A stretch of 64,000 bases of DNA from Isurus oxyrinchus (lineage: Eukaryota), in the NCBI GenBank assembly GCA_026770705.1, contig JANJGN010000016.1, positions 28,148,001 to 28,212,000 of the forward strand. The letters are read 5' to 3'. The translations under genes and the position numbers were made by a program. Below the pieces are notes generated by a model. That model saw only the letters and a list, made by a program, of their open reading frames with translations. It was not told the DNA's origin and did not search any database. Below are positions 22,920 to 36,300 of this stretch, piece after piece (the stretch's first letter is position 1; every line of letters starts with the position of its first letter).

Positions 22920-25900
22920 CATGAAAATAACTTTTTTAAATAAATAAAACCAATTATTGTATTTTTGTTTTTGGAAAGTTTTCAGGAGGGAGGGTGCAGC
23001 GATTTATCTGGTTTTGAACTTGACTTAAGAATTTCATGCAGTCGATTAATCATTCTGGCACCAAGTTGAAATTCAACCTGGGAAAAGCTGTCTGACTAAA
23101 TGTTTTAAGGATCCTGTGTAATTAACAAATGATGGGTTTATGGTTAATCAAGTCTGGATTTTGTTTGGAATCATTGCACTTCTCTAATTGTCATTGGTTA
23201 CAAGGATAAAGCAGATTGTGACATGGGAAAGCTGGACCCCATGCCTCTGACTAAGAAGGCCTGTTCAACACTAGTCTGCTTCAGGCTAATCCGTGGACTT
23301 TCTGTATCCTGAGGAGTTGAATATGTGCAATTTTCCAGTCTCTGTTATCCTACGACTACCACCAGTGTTGCATTTTAATAATATCCCAGATCTGCAAAGA
23401 ACTAAAAAATGTAACGGTGTTGCCTTTTAACCCTTCCTCCGAAAACCTGCAAACAATTAAACTCATGCTGTCTATTCTAGCCACCATCACTGAGCAGTTG
23501 AAGGCCATGTAAAATTTCCTTCAAATGGCCCACCCAGTTGGGTCTGTCTTTAGTAATTTATAATATCTAGTTACAAACTCTGTCACTATAAAATGTAACA
23601 TTATACTAATATAATTAGACATTTTAGGTGTTTTTTTTTGCTTGATTCTAGCAATGTTGCTGTATATTTTGGGAATGAAGGAAACCACAATATTTAAAAA
23701 AAAAAGCTGCTAGGTGGGACAGTGTTAATGTGGTCCATACAGCAGGGAGAGAATTTTTTTATGAATGTTTTGTGGTGGACAGGTAGAGTTGGCTTTAAAC
23801 GTTCAGTACTTGCTAAATACCCTGTAGGCAATGAGTCCCATGAGTAACCCTTTTCCTCTTGATCTGTCATTACTGGGGGCTGAATAACAAGCCAGTCAAG
23901 GGGTAGTGCTCAACACCCCCTCATAGTGAGTTCTAATTGGTCCCTGGAGAGTGAGATCTACTGAAATGGATACTGTGGCTGTAACCAGAATTGTCTAATC
24001 CATGTCTAGTGGAGCAGCAACCTCCAATCTACACTTTGGGAAAATAAAACTGTTTTGAGTATAGGAGCTGCTGAATTTGGAATACACCTACTCTTTTTTT
24101 ACTCTAGTCTGAAGAGGCTTTCTCCCTTGCTCATCTGCCTTACTATCTAAAGCTGCAGGATTAATAGGACCCAGGTTGGTGCTGTATGTATATACGGCTT
24201 CCCTTCAGTAGGTGCCAGCTGTATGTTGAGATGAGCATCATGTGAAGTAGCCCCAGGGCATAAACAGTCAATAGCACTCTTCATCCATCTCGAGCTCCAT
24301 TAGGAGCGGTTACAAAATTTCCATACTTGGAAAGCAGTACAGCTATATCTTTAGTTCTTTGCAAATCTTTTTCTTGTTGCAGCCAAAACAGATCCCCATG
24401 AGTAAAAACAGTGAAGGAAGATCTCTGGGATTATGATATCACAGGAGCAAGTTCCAATAGGAATTCTGACTCTGAAATAAATTCAATTTCAAAACTCGAA
24501 TGTTTGGCCTGATTTTCTTAGTGTTTGTTATTATTAGCAGCTGACCAGACATTATTTCTCTCTTTATGAATTACAAATCACAAAGGAAACACTTGTTCCT
24601 AGAGTTTAGAGTTCCTAGGTGAAATCATCCCTAATCTCTTGCCTCTGGAATTTTGCTTCACATTTATTCTATTTAAGGTGTTTATCTTCAGAATGTGTGA
24701 ACTGTTGTGTGATTGATGCGTGTTTCTTTTTGAATTTAATGGTTTTATTAATTCCCTTGTGAGGCTTCTCTTTGAGGTTAATTTGGTAATTCATTTCATA
24801 TTTCGGCTAGAATTTATATAAATTTTTTCCCCTCTGGTCCTTTTTTTAATGGTATCAGTTAACTGGGAAAATGTAAAACCTATGAACCGCATTTTTTTTT
24901 TTTTACAGCCTCAAAGGTTGCCCTGAAGTGTTGAGGATAGGCATTGTGGGCATTAGTAGTGAAGCGTGAGGGATAAACACAGCCGTATTCTGGGCTTCAA
25001 TGTAGTTTTCTCTCAAATTAGTGTTTGAAAGCAGGAATTCTACAATGCTCTCGCTGATCAGGACTTTTTTTTACCTTGGGTGAGGCGGTAGTGCTTTTTG
25101 ACCAGATGACAATGTGGCTCAAATGTGTCAAACGTACTGTGAATTTTGACATGACTTTTTTTGAAGTCTTAAAGGCCTACTGGGGGTGGCGTGGTTAAAA
25201 ACAGGTTAGCTTCATTACCAGCTCCTAACTTGCCATAATGGTTCAGATCTTTGGGGGTTTTCACTGTAGAAAAGCATAGATTGAGGTGAGTGAGAAAGTT
25301 ATTCAGTTTTAAATATTGATACTTTGTTCGCACTGACCTCTGGAACCAGTTACTGGTACATGCAGATTCACTTGAGCGTTCACAAGGGGGCCAAGTTCCT
25401 TGTGCCTATCAGAGCTGTTTCTGAATGAGTATCGGATGCCTCCCTTAGTTTGGGGAGACAGTAAATAGTATTTATAAGCTGCTCAGTGGTTTGGAACAAG
25501 CTTCACAGATCTGTTCTTTGCAAATTAATTTGTCTTTTCTGCTAAAAGTTTTTTTTTTAAGATTGGAGTTACACATTTTCTTCAGCCAGCATAACTTTGT
25601 CTATTGGTATGGTAGACTTGCACGTTTCACCTCTGTGGCTACAAATTAGGGGAGGAAAGTTGCACAGTTTGGCCCATCTTTGCTGGGAGTTCTTGTGAAA
25701 TGTCAGACTGCTTATCTGACATCCAGTATTAATGAGCAGAAATTTCCAATTTAAATTTTGGGAAGACTGAAGCCATTACTTTGTCCTCATTCCAAACTCT
25801 TCTCAAACTACCGACTTTATCCCTATCCCTGGCAATAATCAGTGACACCAAGGTTGCAGACTGGTTTATATTTGACTTAGATGAACTTCTGACCACACAT

Positions 25901-26610
25901 CAATGCTACCACTAAGACTGTCTTTTTCCACTTTTTAATAACTTTGTCCCTGTCTCAGCTCATCTGCTTCTGAAATCTTCATTCATGTCCCTCTAGACTC
26001 TCACTTTTCAAATGTACTCTAGGCTGGTTTCCCTCAACCCTCCATAAACTTGTCATCTAAAGCTCTGCTTTCATGTCTTGACTCAACAATGCTCACCCTG
26101 TACTCGCTGACTTACGTTTTGGTTGAGTGATCTCTTGACTTTTTTCTATGATTTCACCTTGAATCTCATTTCCTCCAACACCACAACCCTCAAATGTATT
26201 CATCTATTTCTGGCCCTAAGCATTTCTGATTTTAACTGTAGCACTGTTGGCTGAACCTTCAGTTGTCTGGCATTCCCTCCCTACCCCTCTGCTCCTTAAC
26301 CAAATGTAAGGTGATGTTAGGTCATACAACCTGAGGTGGCTGTGTTTTCTTTTGCTCTTCATTAATGCTCTTGTGAAGCCTATTGGGATATTTTATTGTC
26401 TTAAAGGTGCTATGTAAATTCTCCTTTTGTGCAAATTTGTTGCAAGGATCAATCACTGCTCAGGTTAGTGAAACCAAACAGATCCCGTTATGGTCATTGG
26501 ATATTAGAAAAGGGTACTGACTTTTCTCATTCCTGCCACTGCTGTTTTAGAAGTGCTTAATATTTAACAGTGCAGCTGGTTCAATAAATTAACCATTTCT
26601 TCTATTTCTT
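22920..26610 (+). other. Probable long ELOVL1 3'UTR with candidate polyA signals
   Basis: AT/U-rich and largely repeat-poor to ~25750. AATAAA at 22939, 24043, 24476 and 26583; the last is followed by a T-rich tract. Confidence 0.45.
25760..26415 (+). mobile_element. L2-like LINE 3' fragment (related pieces ~5170-5690, ~10100-10380, ~20330-21020, ~58830-59000)
   Basis: Recurrent L2-type segments (LN.GKTEAI, IH...SRLDY) and shared 3' tail ttaaaggtgctatataaat. Confidence 0.6.
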
Positions 26611-27469
26611 TGACTCCAACTTGCTGCTTAACCAAATACAAACAGTGCCTCCTATCATCTGATGACTGTTATTACACCATGAAGATTAAAACTTTTTCAA
26701 CTTGCAGTGATGGTGTGCCAGGAAATGGGGAAACATGAATCTGCCCTCTCAGCAAGGCTCAGGCATAGTGGAGATGCTGCAGGCTCAGCTTGGGTGACTG
26801 GCCCTGTCTCACCTCTGCTAGGCACTTGATCCATAGGGGGAGGAAATTGAGGAGCAGTTTCACCACAGATCCCCCTACAGTACTGACAAAAATTTGAGAG
26901 CAAATCACTTGCCTGCCTGCTTTCACGGCTTGTGTGACAAATGTTAAGGGAGGGAAGAAATCCCTTCTGGTGCACCAGTGCTGTAAACATGTTTATAATG
27001 TCTCCTTCAATTATAAACAGTTTAAAACCTGTCGGCTAGGCCATGGTTTAGGGCTCTGACTAGTGGCTCCTGCAAATTAAGAGCCTGCACAGACACAGTG
27101 GATCAAATGGCTCTTTTTGTGCAGTATGATCTTATGGGCTAGGGCCATAGCACATTACTGAAAGTAGGCTTTTATTGTAAAAGTTAATTATTGCTTACAC
27201 TATATGCATATTGCCCTATCTGCTGTTTTAAAGGGTTAATATCTAATAGTAATTAGAGCCATAGTCCACAAAGGCATCCATTGCCATTAAAGTTGATTGA
27301 ATGAATATATATCCCACAAGCATAGGGAAACCACAGCTACCACAGCCAATATGGGGATTCAACCAATGCCATTCTGTATCACACTAGCCATCTAGCCAAC
27401 TGGGCTAACAGAATACTAGAATGCTGTGCATATACTGTTTGTGACCAGTTACTGATGGTATTACACAAA

Positions 27470-27875
27470 GAAAATAATTTGCACTTGTTGAGCACACTTC
27501 ACAACCTCTGGATATCCCAAAACGTTTTGTAGCTAATGAAGTACTTTAGAAATATGGTCAGTTGTGATGTGGGCAAACAGCTAGCACAGCAAGGTCCCAT
27601 AAATAGCAAGATACAGAACCAGATCGTGTTTGAGATGTTGGTTGAGGAATAAATATTGGATAGCACACAAGGAGAACACTCCTCTTTGAACAAATAACAT
27701 GAGCTTTTACAGCCATTGGAGAGGGCAGGTGTGACCTTGTTTTAACATTTATCTAACATGGGAACTCCAACAATGTAACATGCTCTCAGCATGGAGTTAT
27801 CAACCAAGATAGTGTTAAATCTCTGGAGTGGGGCTTAAACCTATGACCTTGACTCAAGCAAGTGTGCTACAACTA
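27470..27875 (-). mobile_element. Deu-domain SINE (SacSINE1/AmnSINE1-like), decayed
   Basis: Reverse-complement similarity to the copy at 46123-46480. Confidence 0.6.
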
Positions 27876-28654
27876 AACAAAGATTTACACTTCACGTCTG
27901 GGCTATGTTGAAGTGTAGCACTTCTTTGTTCATTGGGAAATTTATCAATGTTACTTTTCCCTTGTTCTATTTTGTTTTTGCTTCAATATCTCTTCTGGGG
28001 GCTTGTAATTACCAATTCTAGGCCAGTTACCTCTGATTCATCCAATTATGTTTCAAAATATCCCTTCCCTTCCTGTGCGCTTGATATTGAAGTCCCATAT
28101 TATGGATTGAGATTTTTTAATATGAAGCTATTCTGTTCACTATTGTAAAGATATAAAGGTCCATAATTATGAAGAGAATTGAGCTTTCAGGTCTTTCAGC
28201 TCATGGAAGGCTTTTACATAAATCTTTTTTTTTTGTGTGTGTGTATCTTGTGCAAAGCAACACTGGATGCTAGTGGTTTCTTTTCTGATTTCCAGTCCAG
28301 GTGTCATTTTAAAATATTCACTACATGCTTTTCTAGAGTTTGGATCTAATTCAACAAAAGTCTTGCACCGAGCAGAGATATCATCTTTACCCTATTGATA
28401 CAGATCCTAAAGTATGAATGGCCATACATAGATTCTAAGCCATTTGTCTTCATGTGATGAGTGCACCAGAGCACATGGGAAGGGTAAAAATAAATTCTTT
28501 ATTAAACTAATATTTACATGCTTCGTGCAACTATATCTAAAATTGCTGGATGCTGTGGCAAAAATACTTCCTTTAATAAAAAGGAAATGAGCCCAAATCA
28601 ATGATAGAAGGGAAAAATATATAAACAATAAGGTCTTAAATTTAAAAAATTATA

Positions 28655-29730
28655 TTGGGGATGTGAGCGTGTCAGTATTAGTTGCTCATCTCTAATTGCC
28701 TTGAGAAGGTGGAGGTGAGCCACCTTTGAATTGCTGCAGTCTGGTTGGTGTAGGTATTACCACTGTGCTATTGGGGAATGGGTTCCAGGATTTTGACATA
28801 TAGGATTGGTGATATCAGGATGGTGTGCACCTTGGTGGGGAACTTGCAGGTGGTGGTGGTGGTGGTGGTGCTCCTATGTGTTTGCTGCCTTTGTCGTGCT
28901 AAGGTGATGGAGGTCATGGTGCTCTCCAAGGAGGCTTCACAAGTTGCTGCAGTGCATCTTGCTGATAGTAGCAGGAGTGTGTACTGTGCATTGGTGGAGG
29001 AGATGTCAATCAAGCAGGCTGCTTCGTCCTGGATAGTGTTGAGCTCGAGTGTTGCTGGAGCTGCATTCATCCAGTTAAGTGGAGAGGAACCCATCACACT
29101 CCTGACTTGTGCCTTGTAGATGGTGGACAGGCTTTGGAGTCAGGTGAGTTATTGACTGGAGCATTCCTGGCATCTGACCTGTGTTTGTAACCACAGTATT
29201 TATGTAGCTAGTGCAGTTAATTTCTGGTCAATGGTAAGTTTTAAGCTGTTGATGGTAATGCCATTGAATGTTAAGCGAGAATGATTAGATTGCTTCCTGT
29301 TGGAGATGGTTGTTGCCTACTACTGTGTGACATGAATGCTACCTGCTCTTTATCAGTCTGAGCCAGAACATTATCCAGCCTTGCTGCACTGGGCCTGGAC
29401 TACTTCAGTATCTGGGGAGTTGCAAATGGTATTGAACACAGTGCAATCATCAACATCCATCCCTACTTCTGTCCTTGTGATGGAGGGAAGGTCATGATGA
29501 AGCAGCTAAAGATAGTGGGAACAAGGACACTACCCTGAGGAACTAGTGCACTGATGTCCTGCACTGAGATGATTGGCCTCCAAAAAGCACAGCCATTTCA
29601 CTTTGTGCTAGGAATGACTCCAACCATTGGAGAGTTTTGCCCCCTAATTCCCATTGACTTCAATTGCACTAGGATTCCTTGCTGCCACACTTGGTCAAAT
29701 GTTGCTTTGATGTCAAAGGCAGTCAACTGG
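28655..29730 (-). mobile_element. LINE 3' fragment of a second CR1/L2-group family
   Basis: Shares long similarity with 39195-40290, 36300-36775 and 59541-59970; RT-like peptide remnants. Confidence 0.75.
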
Positions 29731-30266
29731 CAATTATTGAGTTTACTCTCAAAACTCAATGTGTATTAGAACTTTGTTTTGAATTCTAAAATTTTGCAAG
29801 ACACAGTCATTAATAAACTTTAGTAACCTTCTGGGCAAAAACATGTACCAGCTGACCATTCTGATTAACAGAAATGGTAATTCTCCGATTACAGTTTACC
29901 TACCTCCAGGACACCGCTGGAAACAGATTTAGTGAACTCTAGGATGCCCCTTGTAAGAACCTAGTCAAGGGTCAAGAGCATCAGGACAATGTGATGTTAC
30001 ATGCAAGATCGCTGAGTCACCTCAAGTGCAGTGTTATAATTATTTCAGTAAGTTTAAAAAAGTTAACATTTAAATACTATAGAACTCATTAGAGCACAGG
30101 CTTCTCAATTTGCCAAAAAAACAAACTTTCACCGCTGGCTGTTTCAGGCTTTACAAAAATGTCAATTTATAACAACATCCTTTTTAAAGTTCTTTACTTG
30201 GCAGACTAACTCTCATTTGATCCAGTTCTTATTCTTGAGACTCGTAGATACTCAATTGTAACTGGG

Positions 30267-30331
30267 TCATCTCTGATATGGGTGCATTGATGCAGACTTG
30301 ATGTTGGTTTTTATGGTGCTTGGCATCTTAC
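30267..30331 (-). CDS. MED8: MED8 exon 7 (last coding exon)
   Basis: ttgcag|[25 protein letters not shown]. Confidence 0.95.
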
Positions 30332-33300
30332 CTGCAAAACAAAAAAATATGAACTTTAAGTACATTCATAATCCATCATCCTTGGTAATCAAGAATCTAA
30401 ATCCAGCTTGTTCTGTAATCAACAACCTTTAGTTTCTACTTCTAACTGTGTATCCATGTTTTTACTTTAATTGTATTTCCATGTCATCTCGAACAGTGAT
30501 AACTACAAGCACTCCAGACTGAATTCTGCACAGTAAGAACAGAAGAATTTACAGCAAATCCATGCCAACTGATAAATACACCTACTGCCTTGTCACTACA
30601 TTCCTCTAAAATTCTCTTCTGAAAGACTGAGTGTTCTTTGAAACCACTTACACTATTTGCTTCACTGTTTTGTTTAATACTTTATCCCATGGGTTGGATT
30701 GTACAACCCCCTGCCAGCGATTTTGAAGGCAAGGGGGCATGTAAAATCCAGCAGGTGACTTGCTACACACCCAGCACCACCACCTCCAGAATTTTCAGTG
30801 GCAACAGTAGTACTGGGTGGCCCATGAGCCAGTGGGGCAATTGAGGCCCTTAAGTGGACAAATAATTCCCACTTTTTTTAATCCTTCACAGATGTGGGCA
30901 TTGCTGGGTCTAGGCTAGCATTAATTGCCCTTGAAGGTGGTTGTGAGCTACCTTCTTGAACCACTGCAGTCCTTGTGATGCAGGTACACCCACAGTGCTT
31001 TTAAAAAAGGGAGTTCATGGATTTTGATCCAGTGAGAGTGAAGGAATGATAATATAATTCCCAAGTCAGGATGGTATGTGGTTTGGAGAGAAGCTTGCAG
31101 ATGGTGGTGTTCCTATGTATCTGCTGCCTTTGTCATTCTAGATGGTAGAGGTTGTGGGTTTGGAAGGTGCTGTTGAAGGAGCTTTGGTGAGTTGCTGCAG
31201 TGCATCTTGTCGGTACACACTGCTGCTGTGCGTCAGTGTTAGAGGGAGTGAATGTTTAAGGTGGTGGATGGCATTCCAATCAAGCAGGCTGCCTTGTCCT
31301 GGATGAGGTCAAGCTGCTTGTGCGGTTGGAGCTTCACTTATCCAGGTAAGTAGAGAGTATTCCATTACGCTCTAGCATTGTGCTTTGTAGATAAAGAATA
31401 GGCTTTGGAGTCAGGTGGTGAGTTAGTTGCTGCAGAATTCCGAGCCTCTGACCTGCTCTTGTAGCCACAATACATATTTCAGAATCAGAGTCACAGTGCA
31501 GAAGAGGCCCTTTGGCCCATCGAGTCTGCACTGACATGTGAGAAACACCTACCTACCTAATCCCATTTACCAACACGGCCCATGGCACGTCATAACATTC
31601 AAGGCTAAGTAGTCATCCAGGTACTTTTTTAAAGGATGTGAGCAACCCACCTCCTCCACCCTCCCAGGCAGTGCATTCCAGACCATCACCACCCTCTGGG
31701 TAAAAAGGTTCCCCCCGCCCCGACAAACCTCCTGCCCCTCACCTTGAACTTATGTCCCCTTATGACTGATCCTTCAACTAAGGGGAACAGCTGCTCCCTA
31801 TCCACCCTGTCCATACCCCATATAATCTTGTACACCTCAATCAGGTTGCCCCTCAGTCTTCTCTGCTCCAATGAAAACAACCCAAGTCCCTTCATAACTT
31901 AAATGTTTCAACCCAGGCAACATCCTGGTGAATCTCCTCTGCACCCTTTCCTGTGCAATCACATCCTTCCTATAATGTGGCGACCAGAACTGCACACAGT
32001 ACTCCAGCTGTGGCATCACCAAGGTTCTATACAACTCCAACATCATCTCCTTACTTTTGTAATCTATGGCTCGATTGATAAAGGCAATTGTCCCATATGC
32101 CTTTTTGACCACCACACTAACATGCCCCTCTGCCTTCAGAAATCTATGGACACACAGAACTTCCTAGTGTCATGCCGTTCATTGAATACTTCCTTGTCAA
32201 ATTACTCCTTCCAAAGTGTATCACCTCACACTTTTCAGGGTTAAATCCCATCTGCCACTTATCTGTCCATTTGACCATCCCCGTCTATATCTTCCTGTAG
32301 CCCAAGACACTCAACCTCACTCTTAACCACCCAGCCAATCTTTGTGTCATCTGCAAACTTACTACTCCTACCCCCCCACATAGTCATCTATGTCGTTTAT
32401 ATAAATGACAAATAATAGGGGACCCAGTACAAATCCCTGTGGTATGCCAGTGGCTTCCAGTCAGTGAAGTATCCTTCTGTCATCACCATCTATCTCCTAC
32501 AACTAAGCCAATTTTGAATCCAACTTATCAAATTACCCTGTATCCCATGTGCATTTGCCTTCTTTATAAGTCTCCCACGTGGGACCTTGTCAAAGGCTGG
32601 TCCAGTTCAGTTTCCGGTCAATGGTAACCCCCAGAATGTTGTTAGTCGGGGATTCAGTGATGGTAATGCCATTGAATGTCAAGGGGAGATGGCTGCATTC
32701 TCTCTTGTTGGAGATGGTCATTGCTTGGCACTTGTGATGTGAATGTTACTTAAGGGCCTCATCCCACTGCTGCCAGGATTTAACTGGCAGAAGGAGATGC
32801 CTACCCTATGTGCCCAGCTCAGCAGGCTCCCTGTCTGGGTTGTTGGCAGACAGGGTGGGACCTTTAATGTCCCCTCCACCCACCTTTCTCCCTACTCCCT
32901 CACCGGGGCTGGCCAGCTTGGCACCTTACTTTACCTGCTGGACTGGATCCAGTGCAGTATGTCTCCATTCTGCCTCATCGCTGTACCAACAGTGGCCACC
33001 ACTCAGTGGTGCTGCTGGTACTGGAGAGCTGCCATAAAAAAACCCAGTCCCACAAGTGTATTCTCTCGAGTGTAGAAATATTCCACCCACTTACATTCTT
33101 TCTTTTAAATGACTCATTTTTAAACTTCCGGAACCTTTGGTATTTAAAGTATTCAGTAATTTTCACACAGGGTTTTCCCACAAACAGGAATAAGGTAGTC
33201 TGCTTTAGTAATTCCATTTGAGGAATAAATACATGATTAGTGCTTTGGATTCTTTTATGACCACCTGAAGACAGATGGGGTATTAGTTTAACATCTCATC

Positions 33301-36300
33301 CAAAAGATGCACCTCTGGTGGTCCAGCAATCCCTTATGTCCTGCCCTGAAGTGTCAGTCAGGATTTTGTGCTCAAGTTTCTGGAGCAGGACCTGATCTGA
33401 CCTCATGCTCTTTTGCCTCGGAGGCAAGAGTACTACCTCCCCGCCAAAGCTGATACCTATGATAAGTTATTATAGAAATATTTATTGTTGCACTTCATCC
33501 AGTGTTCGACTAGTGGATTTTACAAAATTGTTCTGAAAAAAAACTTCCTTTGAGATCAGTGTTAAAATTATTCTTATAACCTGCAGAGTTGAATCTTGTG
33601 CCAAACACAGAAAGTGTCATCCAAATATCCGAACAGGTGTGTTAAATTGAAATTGGAATTGGACTTTCCTCCACCAACTCTCAAATCTCTCAAAAGCCAA
33701 ATTTTGATTTGCATTACAGTGGTTACAGGTAACAAATAACTGTCAATTGTGAATTGTACAGCTTTCAGCTATAAAACAGAATACCGATATAGTATTTGTT
33801 CCACTTACCTGGCTGGCCTTGCTGTGATGGAACCTGGCCTTGCATTCCTTGTTGGTTAGGCCCACTTTGAATTGACACCTGTGCCATGCTTGGACCCCCC
33901 TGTAGACCAGCACCTGGTACAGACTGACCCGATGAGACTGGCCCACCTTGGGGCGTTGGTCTGATCGGTTTGGACAATCCTTTCCCAAATCCAATTGCCG
34001 CCAATAAAGCATTAGTATCTGCTGGGTTAAATGTCTGCTTGTTCTGCCGCAAAGCTAAGAGAAAGAAAAATTGGAAGGTTCAAATATTGAAGTTATTACT
34101 ACCATTAAGTTTCTTTACACTGAATTATGTTCTTAATTTTATGGTATGCTTGCCTTGAAGACATTTTAAACTTGACTCTATATAAATGGAAACGGTCCTT
34201 TAATGAAAGTGCCGATTACTGTTGCATTGGCTTTCTAAACCTATTAGTAATTAGATTATAATCTTTCCCTCACTCGCTCCGAACCCATTCTTTTTTTTTG
34301 AAGTTAGAGCTTATATTGGGGTAAGGAAACTGACGGTGGTTACTCTCTGGCCATTGTTTATAAATCAGCAGGCTAAATCTGCCAGATGATTTCTCATAAC
34401 CAGGCCTGAGCCTTTCCTCACCCACAAGCATCTCCAGAGTGCTCAGAAATCAGGAAATGAACACTAGTTCATTTTACCCTCCTTAGCAAGAGAACGTTCA
34501 ACTGCAATGTCACCCATTGCAACTCTGCTTGAGATTGGCTCCTTCAACAAAGACTAGAGACCTTCCTGGTCTATAGGCTCAGTATTACACAATACATTTG
34601 TTCAGTGAACTTGATCACTATATTTATAAATTATGCTAAAGCTGCCTTTTTGTTGCACTACCCTTTTCTCCTTGATACCTTATCATCAGTATTAGATTTG
34701 TCAAAATTGGACAACACACTCGATGAACTGAGCTTTAGAATCCTTATTCTAAAACTAAGTATGGCTATTTCATAAAAAAAATCTAGTGCTAGCTTATCAT
34801 TTTTCTGAGATAATAGATTAGTGCCTCTTGCTGAACTCAATTATGTTAAAATGACATTTTATTCATTTGCTTCAATTGCCATATCCAGGCTCATTATTAC
34901 ACTTCTACAACTTGTTTTTAATAATTGAATTTGACTTAAAATTTAATGAAATAATTTAAATTAAAAGTCAATGCAGGTGAGTTATTAAGGCCATTAGTCT
35001 AAGGTTAACATGCATAAAAGTTTATTGCGTTTATCAGCAATGTTTTTGCTGAACCACACATACGCAGCCACAAAGCAATGCGAAAAGAGCAGCACAAGCC
35101 ACTTGGAAGTAGTTCTCTGTAAGGTAGCATGAGTATGCAAAAATGTTAAAGATACCACGCATTGAAATTAGCAGGACATATACCACAAAGCAAATTTAGA
35201 GGGAACACTCAGACTCACTCTTCTCCCGTTCAAACTGGATGTAAAATTCAACCATATTGCACTCATCGCTACCTAGGAGTGCCTTTACCCTGAGGTCATT
35301 AATTAATCCAGTTACACTACACAATACCAAGTCTAATATAACCTGCACTCTGGTTAGCTCTAAGAAACTACCTCGAAAGCATTCTATGAACTCCTCACCC
35401 ATTGCCAATCTGATTTTCCTGTTTATATATTGATTAAAGTCACCCTCATGGTCACTTTATCACAAGCACCCAATGTTTCTTGTATACTTTGTCCAACATT
35501 GTGGTTACTGTTAGGGGGCCTGTAGACCACTCCCACTAGTGACTTCTTTCCCCTACTATTCCTCATTTCCACCCAAACCGATTCTACATCCTGATTTTCT
35601 GGACCAAGGTCATCTCTAACTATTGCACAAATGCCATCTTTGATTATGAGTGCTACCCCTTCATATTTACCTAGCTTTTTATTCTTCTTGAAGGTCATAA
35701 GCCCCTCAATATTCAGGACCCAATCCTTGTCATCCTATCATGTCTCCGTAATAGCTATCAGATTATATTTATTTACTTCAACATGCGCTATCAATTCATT
35801 TCCTTTGTGTTATAAATGCTACAACAGCAAAGAACCTACTGTGTACCTCCACTCTCGGATTCCCGCTCTTCCCGAGTGTTGTTGAGTTTGTCAAGTAGGT
35901 TGCCACACATTTTGTTCAATGCCTGGATGTGCTTCTGCAGTGAGGGAAAATAAGCAGCTTAGTAATAATGTGGAAATATTACTTTTTTCATCAGATTTTT
36001 GAGTTGACTTTATAGCGGCCACTAAAGGCAAGCCTTCAGAGTTCTCATTTACAAGATATTTGAATACTTTGCAATGTGGAAAAGTACACATTAGGCACAG
36101 CATCAGCAAAGTGAAAATAAATGGAGGTACTAGAATGAAGAACTGAAGCGATCATCAAAAAGTCTTGATTTCTTCTTAAAAGCAATTAAGGCAACAGGGA
36201 ACTGGGAAGTGAGTTCTAGATGGCATAGAATTGCGAAAATAAGGAGTTTGTAGGGGATACATACAGCAGGAGATCTCAAAAAGTGGCTAGATTTTTTCCT

